DNA of 64,000 nt from Salpingoeca rosetta (taxonomy: Eukaryota; Protista; Choanoflagellata): contig JAWQFM010000020.1 of NCBI GenBank assembly GCA_033442325.1, positions 543,719 through 607,718 of the forward strand, given 5' to 3'. The notes beneath the pieces were generated by a model. It saw only the letters and a list, made by a program, of their open reading frames with translations, was not told the origin of the DNA and did not search any database. Shown one piece after another: positions 1 to 46,856 of the stretch (positions within the stretch are counted from its first letter, which is position 1; every line of letters starts with the position of its first letter). Position numbers and translations under genes: made by a program.

Positions 1-90
1 TCATGAGCGTGCACACCACCAGATATGTGACTACTACCACCACGTCCACCGCATATCCACCCCGTCCACCACCGCGTTCTGTGCTGCCAG

Positions 91-4114
<4,024 letters not shown>

Positions 4115-5096
4115 ATGCACTGGCCAGCGTGGTCAATGATGATGGGTGGTGGCGGTGACAGAAGTCGGTTTTATGTCGCTTCAGCCCCTCGTTCCCTTCC
4201 CCTCTTTCCATCATTCCTTTCATGCCTCGAACGGAAAGAGCGCGCCCAGGGCACACGCCCGAGCATGCAACATGTACAAGAGCGGTGGTGGTCGCCCCTT
4301 GTGTGAATGTGATGTGGTGTGATTGCAACGCTCCTTTTTGTTCGTTTCTCATCATTGGCCCAAAATAGATGAGCATGAGCGTGTTTTGTTGTCGCATTTG
4401 TCGTCGTGTCCGTGGTCAGTTGGTGTAGCTGGTTTCGTCGTCGGGGTAGCCGTGTTAGTGTTTGTTATCCCTTGCTCTAGTTCATTAGTGCACGGTTGTT
4501 CTTCTCACTTTGTTGGCGTAGCTGTTGCATGCTGTGTAGCACCCGTAAAACCCCTCCAACCCAATCAGCACCATCGCCGAGTGTTTGAGTGTTGCTTTCA
4601 CCGGTCGACACACCATGCGTTGCACAAGCTGTTGGAGGTCAAGAGTTTATGATGGCACGCCTGGTTTGGAGCACGCTGGCAGGCATGGCAAGAACAACAG
4701 CATTCGTATCACACGTGGCATAACATGGTGAATGACGGCTGGGTTGACGCAACAACGGTAACACCAGGACCACCAAAACATGGAACTATGTAGCACGTTG
4801 CTGACTGGTTGGCGAGTAGTCATACCGTGAGTAACTAACATTGCGCAAACACCCTGGATAACATAGACAGCCGTTGTACCGTTCAGCCAGTCAAAACGAG
4901 GCAGACAAGCTGCTGAACAATGATGCACATAATCACACGCATGCACGAACACACGAACATTCACACACACACACACAAATACACACACAAATACACACGC
5001 ACACACACAAATACACACACAAATACACGCGCACACACACACACATACACACACAAACACTCACAGACGCACATACACACACACACACAGACGTGG

Positions 5097-6547
5097 TCAT
5101 AGGCCGTGCTGGATGTGCCAGTGGTAGAACCGCTGCTCGATGATTTCGACAAGTTTTGGGCGGTCGTGGCGAAACGCCGTAACGTTGCCGCTTGGTCGGT
5201 TGTGCGTGCGCGCCTGCGTAAGGCGCTCAACACCCGCTATCACGTCGTCAACGTCCACTTCCGTGTCCAGGCCCAGAGTCTGCAGCAGCTGCAGGGTCAT
5301 TTCGCGTTCGTGGTGCACAATGTCTGGGTAGCGTTGTACGCAGCAGGGGCACGTGTGTGTCATCCATCGCGATACAAACTGCACCTCCCGATCCAACGCG
5401 CGCAGAAGCGTTCGCTCGCTGGCCAGTGTTGTTTCCATGTGCAGGATGCTCGCACCAACCTGGACAGCATTGCACGCATGTTGTGGTACGTGTCATGGTG
5501 ACACGGCGTGAGGAGGAGGAGGAGGAGGAGGAGGAGGAGGAGGAGGAGGAGGAGATGGAGAAGCGAAAGCCATAAACATAGCAGAAACAGAACAAGCAGA
5601 AGAAGAAAGAGAAGAGCAGACAAGAGAAATGCCCAATACAAGTCTTGCGTTTGGGCACACAAGGTGGTTGTGTGGACATGTCAACAGTGCCATACAGCTG
5701 GCAGTCGCTGCACTGGTCCAACCACCGCAGCACGTGCATACCTCAACCAGGTTGCGGATTGTGGCAAACACCATGGTAGCCTGCCGAGCATGGACGACAA
5801 AATCGTGGACTTTGAGCAGCACCACAGATGCCGTGCGCCGATCAGAGAGGCCCTTCCGCGTCTCGTTGGAGGTGGTGTAGTACCAAGTGGTCTCGTTCAG
5901 CGGCCAGAGTTGCTGCAGCTGCAGCGCCATCTTGATGGTGTTGTACTGCCACGTGCTGGCGGACCGATGGATACCTGGGGTCCAAAGTCGAAGCAGATAG
6001 ACGAGCAACAAGAGGGCAGTGCGAGAAGAAACAGCGCCAATGAGACGGGGAAGTCGTGTCAAGTCGTTGTTTGTCGTGTGTTCAACGTGTCATCTCCTCC
6101 GTGCATGCACCTTGACTTGACGCAAATGCGGGCGAAAGTGGAGGAGAATCAAAAGCAAGAGGCAAGGTGATTTGCAGAGCGTGTGGGCAGACTCGAACCT
6201 GCGACGTAGATGGTCAAGGGTTCCCGGTTCGCCAACCTCTGCGCAACTGTGCTGATCCTGCACACACGCGAATATGCCGTGTCCCTTTCCGGAACACCTA
6301 CAACAACTTCATCATCTGCCGCCGCGGCTGTGAGGGATTGGGTGCTGGCTTCCTCTCCCTGAGTGGTGTCATGACCTGCAGTTGTTTCGCCGATGGCGGC
6401 AGTCACACTACCTCCAGCTCCTGCTGTGCCCACCAAAACCACAGTCATCAACAACATGCACACCCATCCACACCACGAACACGACCACAACGTCATCTTC
6501 TGTCCTTGAAGGTCGAGGGCATTGTGGGCGATTAGCCATATCTTCAT
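5097..6547 (-). CDS. Secretory-pathway sulfotransferase-like protein (3 exons)
   Basis: Spliced reading TIYVAG|[11 protein letters not shown] resembles the 5'-PSB loop and ATIRNLVE|VGASILH the 3'-PB motif. N-terminal hydrophobic segment ([10 protein letters not shown]). Start uncertain (6547 or 6496). Confidence 0.65.
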
Positions 6548-6680
6548 ACAACTTTCATTGTTGTGGAAACCGCGCACTGCCACATTCCGCCAAATACAAG
6601 CCAAGCGCAGCGCAGCAGCCAAAGCAACCCGGTCTTACTTGCCTGCCTGCTCACCAACTTGCTTTGTTGAGAGAGGCAGA

Positions 6681-12064
<5,384 letters not shown>

Positions 12065-12151
12065 TGACTCATGTGGCTTCTTCTTGCATTGCTGTCTTTG
12101 TTGCCAATGAACGGTTTTGTAGAATAAGTTGCTCTTGTTTTGTTGTGTGCA

Positions 12152-12200
<49 letters not shown>

Positions 12201-12583
12201 GCGTGTATGTAGTCGTTGTTGGCTGTCACCTTTCTGGCTTGTACACGTGTGTCATGCGCCCTGTGTCTGCTTTGATTCTTGCTTTGTTGCCACCACATTG
12301 TGTGTTTGTTCTGTTCAGCCAGTTACAGTTGTTGGCACAGGTGTCCATTGCGTTGTCTCTATTCTGTTGTTGATTGAAGAATGAAATGGAATGGGAGATG
12401 CTTTGCTCAACAGAACGCGAGCAGACAAAGGAAGAACGAGGAAGCAGAGGGAAGGAGGTGGTGGTTTGGTTTAGATGCTCGACTTGAACGGCGGGTGACT
12501 TCATTGGCTGCTTTGGATGAATGCTTGGATGGCTGCGTTGGATGAATGAATGACTACTGCCGTCATGCGAATCAACCCAACCC

Positions 12584-18055
<5,472 letters not shown>

Positions 18056-18255
18056 CGTGGCCGTTGAATTTCAGTGATGTATTTTGATGGCGGCGATGGA
18101 GAGATGAATGTCTGACACGTTGGTTCTGTGCTTTGCAGGCATGCATGTTGCTTCGTTTATTGGTCGACTTGCTGACTTGGGTTGAGATGACAGGCTACAC
18201 CTGTCTCTTGTGGACTCATATTGTTGTTGATACAGGAACAAGGACATGAAAGCAC

Positions 18256-21199
<2,944 letters not shown>

Positions 21200-21294
21200 C
21201 GCGTCCTGTGCTGCCGAATATTGGTGTGTATCTTCACCATTTTTCAGGACTTTGAGAGCACACCTCCGCAGCACAACGTGCAACGTGCAGCAGC

Positions 21295-28327
<7,033 letters not shown>

Positions 28328-28631
28328 GACAAGTTGAGTTTGTTGATGTGTGTGTGTGGGGGGGGGGGAGTGGTTGTTATGGTGTGAATTTTGTTTGTCT
28401 GTTTGTCTGTTTGTCCGTCCGTGCGTGTTGTCATTGCGCACGAATGCAGGCTTGTGCTGAACATCGCAGTGCCGTGTCTTCTTCAGAGCTTTCATGTGAT
28501 TCATCAGCTGGACGTGTATTCTTCATGTTTGTTGTGTACATAAAAGCACCCGTTGAATTAAACCCACCAAAGGCCAGTAAACAAGCAACAACCACTTTAC
28601 GTTGCTTTCAAATCCACATGATCACAACCCA

Positions 28632-28708
<77 letters not shown>

Positions 28709-28771
28709 GTGACTGGTGTACTCCAACCGGCATTTGTGTCCAACGAGTGCTCACGTCAGTTCCAACACGCA

Positions 28772-30102
28772 TCACATCTTGGGCCGCTTCGATGCTGGTG
28801 GGAACAAAGCATGAGAGAGGAAGAGACAACATGAGCTGAGTGTACACGCGTGAGCATGTGTGCAAGGGTGGGCAACGCGTGATCAGTGACCATGGGCGTT
28901 GTGCAACACAACGTGACACGCCAGCAGACAACATGAGGTGTCGCAAATGGGCATCAGTCTTGAACATTGTCGTCGTACCTGGTCCGCTGCCGATGGTGTC
29001 ACTTGCACGACTGTTTCTTTCCATTTCGTCATCATCATCGTCAGCATCACCATCATCGTCATCACCACTCCCATCCATATCCGCCACCATATGCGCCTCA
29101 CCATCTTCACCACTACCACCGCCATCCGCGTCGCCCACACCGTCACCACCACCATTACCGCTCTGCTGTTGTGCTGTCGTTGTCGCCGCCACGGCCTCCA
29201 GCTGGCTCAACATCTCGTCGTGTCGCCGGGATTCTTCCCTCATCTTCGTCTTCTCCTCGGCCGTCATCCGCCCTTCCCACTCGTAGCGCCAGTGCGGGTT
29301 GCTGTATGGCGAGCGCACGTCCGGTGTGGAACACACCCCTTGCACCTTGTCTGGCGGGTGGAACCAGTAGTTAAAGGCCATGTGGATGGGATGCGCTCTG
29401 TGTGCACCAACACCCACACCCAATGCCCGTTTGTCGCCACCACCACCGATTGTCGCCATTACTCGTGCTGCCGTTGTGTTTGCTGCTGGTGCTGATGAAG
29501 CCGTAGCTGTTCCTGCTGCGAATGATGCTGGTTGTGCAGCAGTGGCACGTGCAGCTGTGGTTGATTTGGATGTGGATGTTGCTGGTGCTGGTGTAGCAGT
29601 GTCAACATCACCCCTGGTCTCCTGCTGTCCCCGCACTGCCGTTGATGACGACGGTGCTGCGTGTGCTGGGTCCGTGCTCGTGCCGTTACCATCGCCACCA
29701 AAGAACGCCGACCGCTGCGCACGTGGGGGCGATGCCGGCGACATGATCTCGTCTGTTCCGCCAATGGATGTCACGTCGTGGAACCAGCCCGCAGGGAGGT
29801 ACAGCATTTCGCCAGGTCGCACCCGCACGACCAGCTCGTTGTCGGCAGGGAAATCCGGAAATTTGGTCCGCTCCTCCTCTGTTAGGGGGAGGACCACCTG
29901 CAACAATTCGCAGAACGGGTCACGCAAGCAGCACAACGTACATGAGGGGACGATGCGTGGTGTCATGTCATGTGGTTTTGTGGCTGTATGACTGGGGCGC
30001 TGTTGGTAGGAAAGAAGAGGTGGCTCTTTGCATTCAATGGGAGCGAAGACCAACGAAACTGGAGAAAGTGCGAGGAAGCCCGCAAGATCACACACACACA
30101 CG

Positions 30103-30182
<80 letters not shown>

Positions 30183-30694
30183 CGCACGCACACACAAGCA
30201 CATCGCAGCACCTTGGAGAAAGAGTCTGGAGCCGGCTGCTCCTGCAGATTGAGCAGTGGACCTTGCATCTGCGCCAGTGGTGCAACGGGTGAGGACGACG
30301 CTGACGGCGACGATGGCTGCGGTGCAACAGCACTCGCCTCCCGAAGAGCAAGGTCGCCATCACCGCTTCCGTTATCGTCATCGTCGTCGTCGTCGTCGTC
30401 GCTGGCAGTCTGACCACTTGCGCTCGCCAGCCGCCGCCCACGCAACGGGTGCCCACTAGCACCTAGTCTCGCTGGGTTGGCCCTTGCAGCTGTCGCAGCT
30501 GTTGTGGCACCTGTCCCGAAACGAATCTCACGGGCACCCGCTCGCACCACCACGTGCTGCTGCTGCTGCTCTCCCTCTTCCTCTTCCTCTTCCTCTTCCT
30601 CATCGTCATCATCATCATCATCGTCATCATCGTCATCATCGTCTCCAGCTGCATCGAACATGGCTTCAAGAACCTGTAGCAGGGAAAGGCAGTG

Positions 30695-30769
<75 letters not shown>

Positions 30770-31337
30770 CTTGGCGCGTGTACTCACAAACAAATTGTTT
30801 GGGGCTGTTTGGGGCATTGCGCTCGTCTCACCTGAAAAGCCTCCCCAAACGAATCACTCCTTCCTCCTTCTTGCTCTCTCCTCACACCACCCCCTCCCTC
30901 TCCCCCACCCATCCGCACCTGTGACATGCGTTCCTCTGCGCGCTGTAACCGCTGCTGAGCATCGTCGTCCCCACGCTCAACAGCCGCCTCCGCTGCAGTC
31001 AGCTGAGGATGATGATGGTGGTGGTGGTGATGGTGGTGGTGGTGGTGAATGTGATTGTTGTTGTCGATGTACTTGAGCTGTGCCAATTCATGTATCGGCA
31101 GCCAAGCACCATGTACACACACACACACACATACTCTCTCTCTCTCTCTCTCAAGCACACACCTCGGCCTCTGCCTGGCGGTGCTGCTCGTCGAGTGATG
31201 GGTGGAGGGGGCGACCGTCGGCATGTGTTTCGTTGCCCTTTTCGCAGTGGAGTTTGATGGGTTGAAGCGAGAAGGAAGAGGCAGGCACAGAGAGGGGTGT
31301 GCGATGATTTGTGGTGAGCACGTCGTTGTTGGGCGAC

Positions 31338-31378
<41 letters not shown>

Positions 31379-31620
31379 ACACATACACAAACACACACAC
31401 ACACACAAACACAAACACACACATACACAAGCACAAACACACACACAAACACACACACACACACACCTTGTAGCAGATTCTGCCGTTGGGATGGATGGTG
31501 GCGATGTCACCACGCGTGTACATGCGGTCCGCAAGATGCGGAGGAAACAAGCGGAACCTGCAGACCGCACGTGACGCACGCGACACGACGCATGGTGCGC
31601 GCGGGAGCGTGCATGTGGAA

Positions 31621-31689
<69 letters not shown>

Positions 31690-32995
31690 GGAGTGGAGTA
31701 CAATCTGGGGCAGGAGGCACAGGCAGGTTCAGTACATCGTACTCTTTGACGCCGCACAGGACGATGTAGAGATTGTCGTGAAAGTCGTGATGTAAGCCGC
31801 TGCTTGAACCTTGGGCACTGATGACACGAGGAAGGAGGCACGCATGTGGGGCGTATCGTTGAACAAACTACAGATTGACAGCATGTGTGTGTGTTATTTG
31901 GTTGTGGGCGTGTGTGTGTAGATGTGTCTATGTGTGTAGATGTGTGTGTGTGTGAAGATCGAGCAAAGGAATGTAGAGGAGTGAGACATACCTTGAACCA
32001 ATCCACAGGTTGTAGGAGGAAGGAATGAGGGTGGGCAAAAGATCCGGTTGCAAAGGAAAGTCGGACGAGAGGCGCTTGAGCAGCTGGGGCATGAGTCCAG
32101 GGTTCCCATCCTCCAGCATCTCCGGTTCCTGTGTTGTCATGTACCTGTGCCAGACGCACAGCAACGACACAACAAGTTTCAACAACAACAACAACAACAA
32201 CAACAACATGGATTTCGTGAGAAAGAAAGTTCAGCACGCAGTGCCGAGTCCAGCACGCAGTGCCGAGGTCAATACGCAGTGTGGCGGACGCATGCTGGAC
32301 AAGATGTTGTTAATGCAGTCGCTGTGCGATGGTTGCAGTTATGAACAAAGAGTGGCTGCACCGTCTTACAGTTGCTCGTCGCCTTGCTGGAGTCGTGCCA
32401 CAAAGTCTGAGAACTGAGCCTTGACGGTGCGGCCCCGCCCAAAGCGCTTGTTGGTGTCCTCACGATGCTCCACCTGCGTATAGGCGGTGTTGTGTGAATG
32501 CTCCCAATGGTCACCATCACGACACTGCGACACGGGTGCGCATGCATCTATCACAAACACCTCACAGGACGTGCGTTGGATCGTCAATGGCGCCAAGACT
32601 ACAGTGCCATGAATACACACACACACACACACACACACACAAGATCACACAAGAGTGTAAGCACATATGCAAACGCACCGAGACGATGGCGTCACCGCAG
32701 CGGCGCACAAGGTATTCCAGATCAGTCCAGCGCGTGAGCTGAGCGTCTGCCAGCGTCGCCTTGATCTTGCATGGCTTCCTCGTGAACACATACTCCCTGC
32801 AACAACAATCAAAAAAGAGCGCAAAGGTATCAGCTGAGGTGTGTGTGTGTGTGTGTGTGTACCCTCTTCCAAAGACACCCCCAACACTGAGACACACACA
32901 CACACACACACACACACATACTACACACACGCGCACACACACACACACCTGAACAGGGTGAGCGCGTTCGGTGCGCGCAGTTCGTCCACTGTCAT
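28772..32995 (-). CDS. JmjC/cupin-8 Fe(II)/2-oxoglutarate oxygenase
   Basis: MTVDELRAPNALTLFR|EYVFTRKPCKIK; YNLWIG; SSGLHHDFHDNLYIVL (HxD); FRLFPP; VRPGEMLYLPAGWFHDVTS (distal His); HMAFNYWFHPP. The 3' end (..GPASKRPKM*) is inferred from a plausible last intron. Confidence 0.85.
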
Positions 32996-33142
32996 CGTCT
33001 CCTGTCTGTTTGGGCACAGCGATGGTTATGAATGATGTCCATAACTTTCTCTCCCAAGGACTGCTTGTGCTGCTCCCAATCAGCATCGTGCGCCACGCCA
33101 ATACTTCCCCTCTTCGCCTGTGCGTGTGTTGTTGCGTTAGAG

Positions 33143-33323
33143 ATGGAGATGGCCGATTTGAATGAGCGCCTGATGGGCGAGGATGAGGACTTTCCTCAGG
33201 AGCCATCCTCGGAGTACCTGACTGTTGGCGAGGATGAGAAGCGACCAAGCAAGATCGAGGTATGTGTGTGTGTGTGTGTGCATTGTGTGTGTGTGTGTGT
33301 GTGCATTGTGTGTGCATTGTGTG

Positions 33324-33372
<49 letters not shown>

Positions 33373-35142
33373 GTGTGTGTGTGTGTGTGTGTTGGCAGCT
33401 GTTGTTGTGGTTTGCCCTTGTTGTGTTGGTGCCAGGATCGTGTCGTGCGCAGTGGTCTGTATGTTCGATACACCCATGCACACAAAACATAGTGAGGCAA
33501 TGACTTCCAGTGCTCGCCGAGCACATGTCATTTTGACCCCGCACCAGAGAGGGCGCGCTCAAACTCATGCACGATCTTCATTCATCAATGTGATCGCAGT
33601 GGCTTGTGGGCTGGAAGGAGCTGCGCACCTGGAACCTTGTCCAGGGGTGCCTTGCTGAATTCATCGCCACCCTGCTCTTCATCTATGTTGGGTGCGTCTG
33701 CGACGTCAAGTGTGCATGCATTTGCCTATGTGTGTGTGTACACGCGCGCGCGCGTTTGTGTGTGTGTGTGTGTGTGTGTTGAAGTTGAAACAGAACAGGA
33801 GGGCATTTGCATTCTGTTTGCGTATCTTTGAATGCATTGCAGCCCGCCCCTGATCTCACACAATGCAATTCAATGCAATGCAACATCTCGCACTTGCTTC
33901 GTGCTTCTGTGCAACAGTGCCGGTGCCGTTGTGGCTCAAAGCCAGTTTGTCGTGAACACGACGCCCGACTTCTCCGTGATCCCCGGCGTGAACGAGACAG
34001 CGGGATACGCACCGCCGGCCGCACCGGATGCGCTCACCGTCATTGCCCTCGCTCACGGCTTCACCATCGCCGTGCTCGTCTCCGCCATCGCCCACCTCTC
34101 CGGCGGCCACGTGAACCCGGCCGTGTCCTTCTCCATGATCATCACGGGCAATGTGTCCATCATCCGCGGCGTCCTGTACATGGTGCTGCAGACGCTTGGC
34201 TCCGTGCTTGGTGCTGCGCTCCTTGCTGCGTGCCTGCCAAAGTCTCTGCACCAGGACCTTGGCGCCCACGACCTCCACCCGAACATCTCCGCCTTCCAGG
34301 GCTTCTTCATCGAGGTTGGCTGTCCTGTCATGCCCTGTGAATGCTGTTGTTGTTGGTGTACCCACACATCCCATGGGGAGAGAGAGAGAGTGTGTGTGTG
34401 TGTGTGTGTATGTGTGTGTGTGTGTGTCTGTGTGTTTGTCTTTGTGTGTGTGTGTCTATGTGTGTGTGTGTGTGCGTGTGCGTGTGTGTGTGTCTTTGTG
34501 TCTGTGTGTCTGTGCGTGCGTGTGTGTGTCTGTGTGTTTGCGAGCGATCTTGCGCTCCCCAGACAGCCGTCATCTCGCATTGCTCATCCCTGGCCAATGT
34601 GCACTCTGCCCATACGAATCCCCCACCCCACCCTCCATTTCAGTTTATCCTGACGTTTGTGCTGCTGTTCACCATCTTCGGCAATGCTGTCGACAAGCGC
34701 GGCAGCTCCGTGCTCGCCCCCTTCTACATTGGCCTTGCCGTTGTCATTGATCACTTTGTTGGTGCGTTGCGCGGCACCAATGCTGATTGATTGGTGTTCT
34801 CTTCTTTCGGCCCTTCTGTACGACTTGACTCCACATCACCAAGCATCATGCAAAACTTGATTACCTCACCATGCACACGCGCGCACGCGCACATTCACAC
34901 ACGCATAACCACCACTTGCCGCTGTGTTCAGGCATTCCGCTGACTGGCGCGTCGATGAACCCTGCTCGCAGCTTTGGCCCCGCCTTTATCACCCGCAGTA
35001 CGTTTGCGTGTTGAGGGAGATGTGTTGTCGCTGTTGATATGGTTTTATCTGTTGTTGAAATCGAAGGAAAGTCATCTTTGATGAAGCACAATGGCACACA
35101 CAAACACACACACACACGCACACACTCACACTCACTCACTCA

Positions 35143-35217
<75 letters not shown>

Positions 35218-35393
35218 CACCACCCATTTTAGCGTACAACCGGCACTACATCATCTACTGGTTTGGGCCTCTGTCCGGAGGCGCTGCTGCGGCGCTGTTG
35301 TATCGCCTTGTGTTCCTTCGTGGACAGAGCAAGGTTGTTACCATCGAGACGGTCTCCGACCAGATTAAGGAGCTCTCCCACAAGCAAGACTGA
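33143..35393 (+). CDS. Aquaporin (MIP family)
   Basis: [15 protein letters not shown]; [12 protein letters not shown]; [12 protein letters not shown] (NPA1); FFIE|FILTFVL; [12 protein letters not shown]|[17 protein letters not shown] (NPA2); [10 protein letters not shown]. Confidence 0.96.
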
Positions 35394-35537
35394 GTGAAGC
35401 TGACGCTGCCGCTACGGCTACCCCTGGCGTGTCTTCTCACAAACCACACACTCTCCCTTCCATTCGTTGCTTCCCAACCGTAAACACGCCCACCCCTCCC
35501 TCCTTTCTTTCCTTGCCCCTCTCTTCGTTCACCTGCT

Positions 35538-35579
<42 letters not shown>

Positions 35580-35727
35580 GTGTGCCTCTGAGTGAGTGCC
35601 CATGTGCCTCCTGCTTGTACACCTCGAACTGTTTGTTATCTGCCTGCCATCCCATTGAACACTGAATTCAGTTGAATTGTCGTTCCACAACAGAACAATG
35701 CGGCAGTGCTCCAGCGGTGGATGCGCG

Positions 35728-39422
<3,695 letters not shown>

Positions 39423-39656
39423 CTCTGTGCTCTCCTTGGCAATGGTTGTATCGGCCTCGCTTCTGCAGCTCCTGAAGCAGGGAGGGAAGGCTGGTGGAGC
39501 AAGAGGTTGTGCGTGAGGTTATGAGTTGGTTCTTCTCTTTGGACTTTTGGAGGTTGTTCAAATGGACATTGAATAAGTGATGTAGTTGAACTCTTGTTGC
39601 GTTGCTCACACTCTCGTGCGTGAGGGTGTGTGCTTGGCAGATGAAGTGAAAGGAGG

Positions 39657-39834
<178 letters not shown>

Positions 39835-40006
39835 AACTGCCAACTCATTTCGGACGACAACAGCAGACAACAGACACACAGCAGTTGTGTTTGGCTGTGT
39901 GACACACTTCTGACGACACACCGAAACACAAACAACACCACCGACAAGCAAGCGCCCCGTGGATGTTGATTCAACCACCTTCACACAGCACACACATACA
40001 CGAGCC

Positions 40007-41754
40007 ATGCAAGTGGTGACCTTCAACGTGCTCAGTCCGCCGCTCACCCAGAAGGACTACTTCCCCTACTTGACCGAAGATCTCCTCGACCCAGATGTCC
40101 GGTGGAAGGTGGGTGGTTGCATCCTCCTTCTGTTTGTGTGTGTCTGCTGCTCTACCTGCTTTCTCATTGCCATGTTAGCGAACGCACCACAGAACGACAT
40201 GCAACCACCTCTGCATCCCTCCCGTGCCATGTCTCAAATGGACATCCAATATGCATGTGCGCTGTGCGTGGCGCTTGCTAGATGCTGGTGGCGGAGCTGT
40301 TGGATCTGATGGAGTCTGACTCCATCATCTGCCTGCAGGTGCGCGCCCTCTCCTGCTTGAATGCTGCTTTGTTCAACGTTTGGAATAGCCCGGACTTGAG
40401 GACTCGCTCAACCTCTCTCTCTCACAATACTACGCACTCACTCACTCACTCACTCGCTCACACACGCACATGTGATGCAGGAAGTGGACCATTCTTGGTT
40501 CGGCAAGTTTGTCCTCCTCTTCGAGAAGGTATGCATTGCTTGATCAATGTGCGTCTGTTTCGACTAGCTGATGTGTGGGTAGCGTTTGTACCCAGCCGTG
40601 TCGCACCGTCGTGTTGGAGAACACTTGTCGATCCCACCTCACACCACCCGACGACAAACACATGCACACGTGGATGATGGCATACCATACACACACACAC
40701 ACTTTCAGGAAGGGTACACGTTTGTCCCCGTAACGTACTCGCCGCTGCTCGGCGTTGCCATCGCCTTCCCACGCGCCGTTTACTCACTGAAATCGGCCCA
40801 CGCGCCGTTTACTCACTGAAATCGGCCCGCTCCCAGCGCATCGGCGACCTGATCCCCGACTGCATCGGTGTGAGGAGTATCAGCAAGTTGCGGGACTCAA
40901 CCATCACCGCCAAGCGCTGCTGGAACGTTGCCCTGCAAGTGCATCTCACCAGGTCATCCGGCAAAGGTGTGTGTGTGTGTGTGTGTACGTGTGTCTACCT
41001 GTGCGTGTATTTCTGTGTCTGTGCGTGTATTTCTGTGTCTGTGTGTCTGTGTGTCAGCCTCCACCACCAACAGCAATGTCCACGACGCTTGTGCCAATCA
41101 CGCATACACACACTCGCACATCTACACAACCCAACACGCCCGGGCGCGCCTTCAGGGCAAGACTTTGCTGTGACGACGTATCACATGCCGTGCAAGTTCC
41201 GGGAGCCGCATGTGATGGCGATGCACTGCAGCATGCTGGTCAAGTGGGCGCACAACACAGCCAACTCCCTGCCATACATCGTTGCCGGCGACTTCAACAT
41301 CAAGCCCAAGGACCCTTGCTACGACATGATCGTCAACGGTCAGTGTGTTGCGTGTGTCTGTGTATGCGTTGTGTGTGTGTGTCTGTGTTGTGTCTGTGTC
41401 TGTGTGCGTGTCTGTGTCTGTGTGTGTATGGCGGTGCAAACAACGATGTTTGTAAGTCAGGGTGCACGCGCCTGTTGATTTATTTCTTCCTTCCTGGAAC
41501 ACGTTTGCACCCGTCTCAACACTCCGTCGTGTCTCTCATGCTCGCGACGTGTTGTTGTGTCGTCTTGACAACTGCAGGCTTCATTCATCCCGAAGTGAAG
41601 GGTGCGCTGGCAACACCGGCCGCCACATTCAACGAAGTGCCAAAGGCCCTTCGCAGCGCCCTCAGGTCAGCTGCTGTTCGTTGTGTGCCTTGAGCTAGTG
41701 TTGTGGCTTTGTGTGAATGAATGATTCAGTTTCCCATGGCTGGCTGCCCGGCTG

Positions 41755-41841
<87 letters not shown>

Positions 41842-41842
41842 C

Positions 41843-41883
<41 letters not shown>

Positions 41884-42101
41884 CACATGCTATGCGCTGC
41901 AGGGAGCACCACGGTAGGGAGCCCGAGTTCACCAACTGGACGCACGAGTTCCAGGACACGCTGGATTACATCTTCCTCTCCGACGAGTGGGTGGTTCGCG
42001 ACGCGTGCGACCCTGAATCGTTCCCTGAAGGTCCATATCCAAGCGAGAGGGTCGTGTCGGACCATATCCCACTCTGGGCAACGCTCGACCTCGTCGCGTG
42101 A
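40007..42101 (+). CDS. Exonuclease/endonuclease/phosphatase (CCR4/nocturnin/PDE12-like); frame interrupted by a 29-bp duplication
   Basis: VVTFNVLS, IICLQ|EV, TYHMPC, IVAGDFNIKP, EPEFTNW..DTLDYIFLS and YPSERVVSDHIPL: the full EEP catalytic motif set. Confidence 0.88.
40768..40825 (+). repeat. Perfect 29-bp exonic tandem duplication (CCCACGCGCCGTTTACTCACTGAAATCGG x2)
   Basis: Copies at 40768-40796 and 40797-40825. Confidence 0.95.
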
Positions 42102-42218
42102 TGTGACGTGACGATGTGACGATGTGACGATGCAATGTGGTGTCACTTAAGCATGCATCACCACCAACCAACCAACCAACCAACCAACCAACAACAGCAG
42201 CAGCAACAACAACAACAA

Positions 42219-42292
<74 letters not shown>

Positions 42293-42717
42293 CCAAGCAT
42301 GCGCTGTTCGATTTCATGATGTTCTTCGCACGTTTTGTTATGCTGCCTGCGTTAATGCTTTCTTCTTTATTGTTTGCGCGCTCGCGGTGTGTGTGTACAT
42401 ACGCGTTGGGCGGCCGCGCGTGCGCGGTTGATACTTTTTCGTTTGTTTGCATGATTGATTCGTTCACACTGTTCTCGTTGTTCTCTCGCTTTCCCTCTTT
42501 GTTCCCTACTTATGTCAGTATAATTGAACGCTTGCTTGCCACAATACCATACATGCCTGCCAAGCGAGGCGTGAGCGAGCGATTGGGTGGTGAGGTTTGG
42601 AGGGGGGGGGGGCTGAGTCATAAGACGGATTGCAGGCGCGATGAACACGTTGACCACAGAGCACAGAGATAGGGGGGGGGGGAGATAGAGACAGACACAG
42701 AGACAGAGAGAGACAAG

Positions 42718-42749
<32 letters not shown>

Positions 42750-42832
42750 CGCACACACGCACACACACACACACATGCACACACTCTTCCTCTATCTCCT
42801 CTCCCCCATGTACCTGGCTGTGCGGTGCATCG

Positions 42833-46856
<4,024 letters not shown>

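Noticed and set aside
6620-6632. GTTGCT RFX half-site-like motif upstream of the MDM1-like gene
   Set aside because: Short imperfect match expected by chance.
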